Source: Adineta vaga
Taxonomy: Eukaryota > Animalia > Rotifera
NCBI GenBank assembly: GCA_021613535.1
Contig: CP075495.1
Coordinates: 5,828,001 to 5,892,000, forward strand
Reading direction: 5' to 3'
Length of the DNA stretch: 64,000 nucleotides
Positions within the stretch are counted from its first letter, which is position 1. Each line of letters opens with the position of its first letter. The translations under genes and the position numbers were made by a program. Shown here one piece after another: positions 53,816-64,000 of this stretch. The notes under the pieces were generated by a model, which saw nothing but the letters and a program-made list of their open reading frames with translations, ran no database searches and had not been told where the DNA came from.

Positions 53816-54580
53816 ATGAATATACAATCGACATCGAATGTGCGACGTAACTCAACAGCAAGTGAAACAAAAGATGTAAATGAAAATCTTGATGATATTC
53901 AAGCACCACCACCATCATATCCAAGTGCTATCTTTAAATTAGAAAATTATGATAACCAACCACCACCACCAAGTTATACCGATGTGAATAATCCATCAGT
54001 AATTTATATTAATAATTATCCCGGTCCACCATTAGCTGATGGTGTTGTACAAATAGTTACTTCCAATCAAACATCAGACAATCGACAAGTTACAATTAAC
54101 AATTTATTATCGAAACGGATGCGAATTTATTTATTTATTAATGGAATAATAACTGTACTTTTAGGTCTTATAGCTATTGGTGTTCAAATTGGATTAGTTG
54201 CATCACATTCAATTGTTTATTATTATTACGGTTTTTGGGCGGGAGTTTTGATAATTAGTATTGGTATCGGAACAATTCTATTCAATAATCGTTATCGTAC
54301 ATATGATACAGCGAAATATTTTCGTTCATTCATATGGCAAACAATATTTATTGCAGTTGTGTTTGGTTTCGGAGTCATTATTATAGCAACCGATTCATGT
54401 GATGGAGAGCAATCGGAACATGATGGAAATGATGACGCATGTAAACCATCATATAAAATACTTAATGGTTTACTAATAACTGTTGTTGCATTAGCTTTTG
54501 TACAATCGATTATAAATACAATTATTATTGCTATTCTGAAACGTCGATATCTGATAAGTGTCAATACAATACCGTCGTAA
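53816..54580 (+). CDS. Four-TM MS4A/CD20-like membrane protein with PPxY motifs
   Basis: Intronless, four hydrophobic helices, GFWAG in TM2, two Cys in the second loop, and PPSY twice in the N-terminus. Confidence 0.65.
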   Translation: MNIQSTSNVRRNSTASETKDVNENLDDIQAPPPSYPSAIFKLENYDNQPPPPSYTDVNNPSVIYINNYPGPPLADGVVQIVTSNQTSDNRQVTINNLLSKRMRIYLFINGIITVLLGLIAIGVQIGLVASHSIVYYYYGFWAGVLIISIGIGTILFNNRYRTYDTAKYFRSFIWQTIFIAVVFGFGVIIIATDSCDGEQSEHDGNDDACKPSYKILNGLLITVVALAFVQSIINTIIIAILKRRYLISVNTIPS

Positions 54581-55870
54581 AAGAAAAACAAATGTTTTCA
54601 AATTTTTTGTTATATATACTTACATACACACCTGATTTCGATTGGATCTGTGAAAGGAACTTATCGTTTCAAATAATTCTAACAGAAAAACGAGTTATAG
54701 AAATGTACCGTACGGGAAATTCGATTGAGTTTTGTTTGTAGTAATTATAAAGATGAATGAAATGTACTTTCATTTCAACCGACAAAATGTTCTCTAAATG
54801 CGTTATAGATAAAGCTTAGTAAAGATTCTCTATCTACTTTATGATTAATATATTTATATCAAGCAGATCATTACATAAGAGTTTTTCTGACATATATTAC
54901 CTAGTGGTTCTGATTAACCCAGTAGGATTCTATAATTCTCCTTATTTTTGTGAATATTTTTCTTGTTTTTTTGCAAAGATGGTAAATTAAATATAAGGTA
55001 CATTTCCTTGGTGATAAGACTTATTCACTCGTCTGATACGTTCATGTCTTTTTTCCTTGATTAAATTTTGATGTCGATTATCATTTTTCAAAAGTTTATT
55101 TTAAACTAATTTACCTATGAGGTACATCATTTCCCGATAAGTGTTAATGGAATAAAGAAAAAGTATTTTTAGTCTCGGTAAATAAACAGGTGTTTGCAGC
55201 AGATGATTACTTTGATGATAATTCTACTCAATTAAATATAGACAGTAATCCTATAAAGAATAACTTATCTACGTGTAGTGTGACTACTCCTAAGAGAAAC
55301 ATAATTTAATGGCGATTATACCGACAATAAAAAAAGTTCGTTTACTTTTGGAATATTTCTAGCTACTCAATCGGTAAAATTCTCTTCATCAATGAGTCTT
55401 TCTCTGTCTTTTAATACCGTTGAAACAATTTCAAATCTACACAAACTGACACGTCTGTTTTTAGTTCCAATGAAGTTTTCTTTTTTCTATGGTTACATTT
55501 CGGATGAATATTTACCTTTCTTCTCCTTTTCTTTTATTCATCAGTCGACATTTTCTTCATCTAATAAATGGAAAATATTCATCGAATGGCGTTTTATCAT
55601 TCTATATAGATGAAAAAATTTTCAATTTACTTTTCCACTTCTCTTTTGTTGTCTAAAAAACACATAATTAATAACAGCATCAGTTTTTTCTCTTTATTTC
55701 TCAATCTTTTTATGTTACAGTTGAGTTTTTTCTTCATCTTCTTCTTTCTCTTCTTTCTATACTTAACATCGTTCATTATTTTCCTGTTTCTTTCATAAAA
55801 TAGATTGTCTGTTATAACTGTTAATAGGCATTGTAGTCTCTATTTTTTGACTTCTCAAAGCAGAAATAAC

Positions 55871-58800
55871 ATGTCGGAGGAATCGTAAGTTTTTAAGTCG
55901 TATTTTAACTATTTATTTATAATTACTTTAATTTATATAACAGGATTAAAGTTGCTGTACGTGTTCGTCCATTCAACCAACGGTAAGAAGACCTTAATGA
56001 CGGCCATCTAATACTTCTTTCATATTTCTAGAGAAAAAGATCGTAATGCAAAACTCATTATTAAAATGCATGGACAATCCACTTTCATTACTGATCCAAA
56101 AGCATCACGTACGTTCTTTTTTTTTCTTCTAAATTACAGAACAATGAAAGTATTATTATTGAATATGATTCCCTTTTTGTAGAAGATGAACCAAAACAGG
56201 TAAGTACTCAATTCTAACAAAGTATAGAATATTTTTCTTTTTCAAAATATTTCTTAGTTTTCATTTGATTATTCATATTGGTAAGTACAAAAACAAAGTT
56301 TATAGAACAAACGAGAACAAAAAACTTTAATCATAGGTCTCATGACGAGTTTGTTGAACTTCCATCTGGAGTACTTGAACCAAGTAGTAATTCATCCCCA
56401 TATGCGTCTCAACAGAAGGTTTTTGATGATCTTGGTCGTGATGTTATCAAAAATGCGTTTGATGGTAAGACAGAAATATAAATTATGACTGATATGATAA
56501 CATCTGTGGTGTCTTTGACTTTTTTTCTCCAGGTTTTAATTGTTCTTTGTTCGCCTATGGTCAAACAGGTTCAGGAAAAAGTTATTCTATGATTGGTTAT
56601 GGAGTTAATCGGTATAAATTTCCTTCTCATTTAAATCGTATCTAATTGACACAAAAATATATCTTTCTATTAGTGGAATCATTCCTATTGCATGTGATGA
56701 ATTATTTCATCAAATACAAAGTACAAAAAGTTCATCAACCGTAAGTTTTATTTTTCAATCCTATTACCATAAGTTTATCCTTAAATAATAAAAGATTCAA
56801 CATATTTTCGATTGATTAATGAAATAAAATCTATTAACAATATTCATCTTGAGTACTTACTAATTACTATTGAATAAAGTTCTTATATTGACATACTTGA
56901 TGGAATAGTTTAGCAAAAGATTTCCATTACTTTTTACTTCATTTAAGAATGGTTTGTCTTTCTAGCGTTATGAAGTGAGTTTATCAATGATGGAAATCTA
57001 CAATGAACAAGTTCGTGATTTATTAACAAAAGATTTTCCAAAAGGAGGTTGAAATTCTAACTCTAATTGTTTTAATTAATAACAAAAGAATTTCTTTTAT
57101 TATTATTAAGGACTGTCTGTTCGACAACATCCAACATCCGGTTATTTTTATCCACAAGGTATTCGTGTTGTACCTGTTGGAAGTTATATTGATATCGAAC
57201 ATCGAATTACTGAAGGCACAGAAAATCGAACAATTGCTGCAACGAATATGAATGCAACGAGTTCACGTGCACATACAGTAGTAACAATTTATTTTGATCA
57301 ATTTATTAAAAGTGCACACGAAGAAACAAAAAAGACGAGTGTTATTAATCTCGTTGACTTAGCTGGTAAAGAAAGAGAATTTGGAATTGAAATTTTCTAT
57401 TCGAATGAATTGATTTTCAGGTTCGGAACGAGCATCAAGTACAGGAGCAACTGGCGATCGATTAAAAGAAAGTACAAATATCAATAAATCTTTATCAACA
57501 TTGGGAAATGTTATATCGGCACTAGCTGATATATCATCGGGTTCAAAACGAAAAATAGTTGTACCTTATCGAGAATCTGTCTTAACGAAATTACTTCAAA
57601 ATGCTCTTGGTGGTAATAGTAAAACAGTTATGATTGCTGCTTTATCACCTGCTGATGTTAATTTTGATGAAACATTAAGTACACTTCGTTTTGCTGATCG
57701 AGTCAAGCGAATTAAAACTACAGTTGTTGTCAATGAAAATCCGATGGAAAAATTAATTCGTGAATTAAGAGTAAATTCGATGATAATCGAAAAGAAAAAT
57801 TCTTTTTTTTTTTGTACCTTCTAGGAAGAAAACGATCGTTTGAAATTATTAATTGACACAGGAAAATATAATCTTCAATTAGATATTCAACCTGGAATGT
57901 CAAGTCAAGATATTGAATTAATGAGAAAAGATATGGAAGAAGGAATTCTTTCACAAATTCAAGCTAATCAACTAGTTTTGCAGGATTCTAAAACAACATG
58001 GGATTTAAAGGTAATCTACATTCTGATAATTGTCATATATTATAAATAAAATGGACAGTAGAAAGAAGATAAATGTCATAGTATGTTTTTCACATTTGTT
58101 AGAAAGATGGTTTTAGTTACAATACGAGATAATACACACTCCGAATTTTTTTAAACGTTACTATGCATCAAAATGACTTATAGATCTTTATATCTGTCTA
58201 TGAGTATTGATGAACATGAGATCTTGTTTATAGTATTTTTGATTAAAGAAAATTCTCTTTAGCTTAAAGAAGCACAATCGAACGATAAGAAATCGTCGAT
58301 ATTAATCAACAAAAATTTACCATGTCTTGCTAATTTAAATGAAGATCCAATGTTATCCTATGTTATTTGTCATTATTTAACAACGGATGAAATTATCATT
58401 GGAAATCGAAATGCTACGATATGTCTCAATGGCTTAAGTATACTTGAACGTCATGCAATTGTTCGACGATTAGATACGAATAATTATCAATTAATTCCAG
58501 CTGAACCTGGTGCAAAAATTAAAGTTAATGGATATAATTTAAATGGGTAAATATCACCGTTTATCTTTTGAATAATAATCTTTCAATGATTGATGTCTAG
58601 ACCAACTCAATTACGACATAAAGATCGGATTTTATTCGGTGCAAATCATGTCTATGTTTACTTGAATGTTTTAAATGAAAAGGAAACAGCAGCCGATTTA
58701 CCATCACTAATCACCTGGGAATATGCACAGAAAGAAATAGCCAAAGCCAAAGGTTATTCATTAGGGAATAATTTAACAAATGAACAAGAAGAACTTCAAG

Positions 58801-61260
58801 AGAAAATCTTAAGTTTATTACCACTATTATCGGAAGTCAATGCAATTAGTGAAGAACTTAATAAATATCGAACATTTGAAATTGTTCTCATGCCGATTTC
58901 ATCATGGGATGGAGCAGTGGCCAAAGGATCGAAGTAAATAAAACTCAAATACTTCTTTTCATATGATGGAAAGTCTTATTGTAGAGTGATGATTAAAATG
59001 CGAAATCTTCTCAATCAAAATGCTTGGTATTGGGATGATGTGAAATTTGTTAATCGAAGTTTTATTATTAAAGTAAGGATTAAAATAAAATAGTTTGTAT
59101 TTTCTAAGATTTATTTGCTTTTTAGGAACATTATCAAAAGTTTTTAGATGGTGAAGAAGAAATTTTATATATTGCGAAAGAAGATGATCCGTAGGAGTTT
59201 TTGTAGAAGAAAAAGAAAAAAAATGTAAACAATGTTTTTATTTTATTTTCATAGATTTTGGGAACCAATAGAAGATGTTCTTATTGGAACAGCTAGTGCT
59301 TTTCTTCAAAGTTTAGCATATTCATTGGACTTCGCAGATGAAATCTGTATTGTAGATTATAAAGTAAGTCATTTTGAAATAAACAATTTAATAGAGAGAA
59401 TATGATTATCTTATTTGTTATCCTAAAATATAAAGTGAATCATATTTCTGATGAATACATAGACAATAGTTGAATCGCTATGGGATCAAAGATTTTCAAG
59501 ATTGAATTAACTACGTTCGCCAATAATCATATTGATTAAATTCATTTATTCCTAGGGTTTAGAACAAGGTCGTTTAAGTATTAATCTATGTCCATGTTCT
59601 TCAAGTGGTAAAGTTGTCAATGAAGAACAATTTGTTGATCAACCTGAAGAACTACTTGATAGACCATTTAGTTTCAAAGTAAAATTTACATTCTTTATTC
59701 ACAAGAAATAATATTTAATCTAAATATTTTAGATAACTCTGCGATACATTGAAATAAATGATGAACGCCATAATAAAGGTTTACGAATTCGTTACAAAGT
59801 ATTTAATGAATTAGAATGGAGTGAAACAAATGTTATTTGTCGTCATACAGTGTGCGCTAATATTAAACAATCACGTATTGTCACTATTCCCAATGTTGAT
59901 CATGTAAAAAAAAAGAAACAATTAATAACTTTTGAATTTCTTTCGAAAAAAATTTTGCATCTTTTCTTAATAGAATTGGTTAGATTTTTTTGAAAATGGT
60001 TGTATTATATTCCAAATTTTTGCTTTACAAGAAGAAAGTAAACCAGATACTAGATTATTCAAAATGACTACTCGAGTAAATATTACAAATACAATGAAGA
60101 AAATACAATGGATTTTTCCATATAGGATTTGAAGAAAATCGAACAAAAACAAGATAATACAAATATAACACCTGTCAATCATCTCAATTCAAGTTTACCA
60201 GGTGATTCAAAACTAAAATCAGAATTAACACTTCTTCATCGGAAATATACTCGTCTTGAACAAAAAGAAAAACGTATTCAAGTACTATTTCATCATTTTT
60301 CTAGTAGAGAAAAAGTAGAACTGAAAACATCTTCTCATTCATTTTAGCAATTATGTCGTGAATGGGAAAATAGTCATGATTATCAAAAATTCTACAAATC
60401 CCTTTCAGCTATTGCTTTTAGTTCTGGAACGAAATTAAAAACGACTTCAGCTGTTGTAAGTTAATTTCATATTATTGAATGCATGTTTTTATGCCGCAAA
60501 ATGGAGACGCTTTCGCTTCTATCATGAAACGCTTTACTCATAGATATCGAGCAGTGTTCAACTACTTCGAACTGTGCATGCGGTATTCATTTTTTTCTCT
60601 TTCTCTCACAGCATTTATTTTCTAAAAACAAAACAAAACAAAGTTCTTCACACTAATAATTCATCGTATGCGCACACATTTTATTCTTTTATACACATGC
60701 ACATGAGGAATATAAATTTCGGAGAGATCTTTTCTATCTTAGGCAAATAAAGAAAGTAATATGGATATTTATGTCTTTGGAATTGAAGAACAAGATTATC
60801 TCAAAGACATGGAACAACCAAATGTTGATAAACAAAAACATGTAAGTATTTAGTTTCAATCGAATTCTATTTCATCAATGAAATCATTCTTGTTTAGTGG
60901 GATGAACAATATCGAAAATTGGCTCTTAAACAACGACGTAGTTCTAGTATACATCGCGTACCTATTAAACTATCACCCTCAGCAAATCTTAGTTCATTAA
61001 CAAACAATTCTCTTCTTGTTCCATCGAGAGCCAATAGTGACATGAATCACGATGGTCAACAGATAAATGATAATTCTCTAACTGGTAAACCATTGATTAA
61101 TGGAAATGCTTCACCTATTCATAACAAAGATACTCAAGATATGAATGATCTTGCAATAACTAAATCGAAGACACCGATGAAAACGATTCGTACGGATAGT
61201 ACAACAAAAAAAGATACTATGAATAACGAAAGCAAATCAACGACTTGTACAATTCATTAA
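55871..61260 (+). CDS. KIF28: Kinesin-3 KIF28/KLP-6-like (motor + FHA + stalk)
   Basis: [54 protein letters not shown] and DDPFWEP. More than 20 exons in frame, including 17-, 23- and 39-nt exons. Confidence 0.82.
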
Positions 61261-62685
61261 TAATCAAGATTTTAAGGATCGAGCAAGTGCAATTAAATAT
61301 AATTAAAATCTGAGCACCCTTACACACATTTGCTCATTCTTCTTCTTTATCTCTTTCTTTTGTCATGCTTATTTCCTGCTTCTGTATTAGAATTAATCAT
61401 TGATGACATTCTTTAAATCTATATTATGATATATTTTAGGATGACTTGAACGATTCATTTTAATCGAAACTCTTCTTCCAGTTTATCAACTGCATAAATA
61501 ACGATACATACACCTGTACATACATTGATTCATCATTTATATTCTTTCTTTAACATGAGAAGAAAAACTCATCCTTTATTCAATAAAATGTATCAATTAA
61601 GAGATCATTATTCGAACATTTCCCCGAAGTATTTGATACTTAATAACAAGGTCATTATATTTCTAGTTGTACCGAACAGAAGATCAACTATTTATTAATA
61701 TAAAAAGGACGAATCTAAATAATTCTAGTTTTCTTCATAGTAATGATATAAATTTAGTGATAACTATACTCTAATTTGTGGAAATATTCTATATCAAGAA
61801 TATCTCATTTCAAATTTAATTAACAAGACAAAATTATTATAATGAAATTTATCTTTTATTGACACAATACGTATATGATAATAATGGAAAACAATGAGAC
61901 AAATGACTGAATGATATATTTCACATATCGATATTCATTTGATGTGTGTGTAACGTGCTAGTACATTCTTTGTTGTTGTTGTTGTTGATAGTATTGGAGG
62001 ATATAGCGAAAGACGAAAGCAGCTAAGATCATCTATCATCTAAGTGTTATTGACGTCGTTGAAATATAGTTGTTTTGCTATTGGTCTATGTATGTCATGA
62101 CTTGTAGAAACAGATAACTATGACATGAATGTGGAAATAGCCAAATACTCTTTGAAGATATTAGAGAAACATAGACTACGGATGGAAGTAGAAAGACAAC
62201 AATGTATTTCATCGTTCTATCAACATCATCATTTATATTATAATCTGCTATGATAATTGCTTAGCTTTACGAAGACCAACTCGATATTTTCTCTGACTTA
62301 GAATGCAAAAAAACAGCAGCAGTTGAAGGATATTCGATGCCGATCAGAGAGAAAAGGCAGTCGGTACCTCTGTCGCTGCTGCTGGTTTTGTTGTTGTTTC
62401 TGTTAAGAGAAAAGTTATCCCGGTAGGCGAGTTTGTTGTTTAGACGAAGAAATATGTCGCCGTTGTCGATCAGAGGAGAAGAAGAAGACGAAGAAAGTTC
62501 AAATACAAATGAAGAGAATAGACTTGTTTTCTACGGTACATAATGTAGTACTACAGGAAGAATAGATTATAGAGCGCGAGAAAAGAAGAAAAGAGAGAGA
62601 GAGGAGAGGACGAAGAAGCAAAGACGTTAATACATTTATCAGGATTACTTCTATTCTCTGTAAGACTTTAGGGTAGAAATAGCAG

Positions 62686-63983
62686 ATGATGGCAGGGACA
62701 CAAACGATCAAGGTTACCCTTCAACGCGATAGTTTGCAAACTCCATGGGGATTTCGATTACAAGGAGGTGCAGATTTTCGTACACCCTTTACTGTTAACA
62801 AAGTTAGTACAGAATCATCGTTACTTACGTTTTATTTTACGCTAATATCGTCTTGATATTTATATAGATCACTGCTGGTAGTCCTGCTGATGGTGTTCTT
62901 CAACGTGGTGATATCATTCTTGATATTGATCAAAGACCAACACAAACAATGCTTCATGCTGAAGCACTTGGGCTTGTTCAGCGAGCTGGTGGTCAAATAA
63001 CATTTCTTGTACAAAGGTTCCATTACCGACATAAATGCGAAAATTATTATTTGTGATTAATACCATTTTTTTTGTTTATTTTATTTAGAGGACTAAATCC
63101 TCTTGCATCTTTCATACGTAATCAACGTCCAATGTCAGCCACACCATGGTCTTTAGCAAGTACGCCTTCGTATTTAGACAAGAATTTTACACCACCTTGG
63201 TCTCCATCAGCTACTCCCTCGGGTCCAATGGTACATGGAATAAAGAAGACAATCTATTCCAGATATTCATTTTTTCTTCTTTTTTCTTCAATTTTATAGG
63301 CATTATTTCGTAATCGACCATTGGAACGTTTACCAATTCCCAAACCTTTACTCAGTCAAACAGGTAGTCCTCTTATGCCCGGTCCAGTTCCGTCAGTCTC
63401 AACGAAAACTCGAGGTTTCGTTCAACCACCAGCATTTCACACAGAAGAAAGTGCCTTACATAATGTACCATCGGTAGCTGGCTCATATTCTCCTGCTCAT
63501 TTCACATATCCTGCTTCATCATCAAATAATCGTACTCAATCAATATCAACAACAACAACAACTACATATCATAATTCATATGATACACAAGGATATCAAT
63601 CACCTTGGAAAGATTCGTTCAATCAAGATTCGACACCTTATGTACCTTCTTATCAAAAGAAGGTTCAAATGCATCCAAATATGCAAAGACAATATTCAAA
63701 TGAACGCCCAAATCAACGTCCTCTTCAACAATATCGACCAGCATCAACTCAACCATTAAATATCGTTCATCGTCAATTTAATTCACCAATGTCACTCTAT
63801 TCAAATGATAATGTTCAAGACGTAATGAATAAACATGTTAACCATATCAGTCGTGTCAGGTAAATAAATTCATATGCTAAAGATACATAAGTGAACAAAT
63901 CTATTAACTAAATCATACGAGATAAAAACTTAATCTTTTCTTCCAGTCGTATTGTTCAGGATGGCTATTTGACCGACTTTTGA
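62686..63983 (+). CDS. PDZ + ZASP-motif (ZM) protein, Zasp/ALP-Enigma-like, no LIM domain in this isoform
   Basis: PWGFRLQGGADF PDZ domain and ZM motif IVHRQFNSPMSLYS. The last exon ends in TGA at 63981-63983. Confidence 0.8.
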
Positions 63984-64000
63984 TCATCAACGGTTTTATC

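Noticed and set aside
60490-60590. GC-richer, seemingly structured RNA in a kinesin intron
   Set aside because: It is explained by a 39-nt in-frame exon (ag|[12 protein letters not shown]|gt).
1-64000. Bacterial contig, operons, CRISPR or defence systems
   Set aside because: Spliceosomal introns occur throughout, including in the bacterial-type genes, and there is no repeat-spacer array.

Overview
This is AT-rich, gene-dense eukaryotic (animal) DNA with mostly very short GT-AG introns of about 50-65 bp. The intron sizes, the ART+TPR gene and the mix of metazoan genes with intron-bearing bacterial/fungal-type genes point to a bdelloid rotifer (inference). Splicing by hand gives about 24 protein-coding genes. 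Conserved metazoan genes: CCDC148, BTBD9, a synaptotagmin-like C2A-C2B protein, DDA1 (absent from the ORF track), CYB5R4, an F-box protein, a SOCS-box protein, tensin, two tandem atypical DUSPs, a Rubicon-homology protein, ZMYND19, an MS4A-like protein, a KIF28-like kinesin-3 and a PDZ-ZM protein. Horizontal-transfer candidates: a fungal-luciferase (Luz)-family protein whose stop codon overlaps that of a secreted N-formylglutamate-amidohydrolase-like gene, a bacterial-type CorA, an intronless secreted protein that nearly fills a BTBD9 intron on the opposite strand, an alpha/beta hydrolase, and a HAD hydrolase with an apparent mitochondrial presequence. Three apparently dispensable genes carry frameshifts, while the conserved genes I traced splice cleanly. 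I recognised no rRNA, tRNA, CRISPR array or intact transposon. All family assignments come from motif recognition, not database searches.
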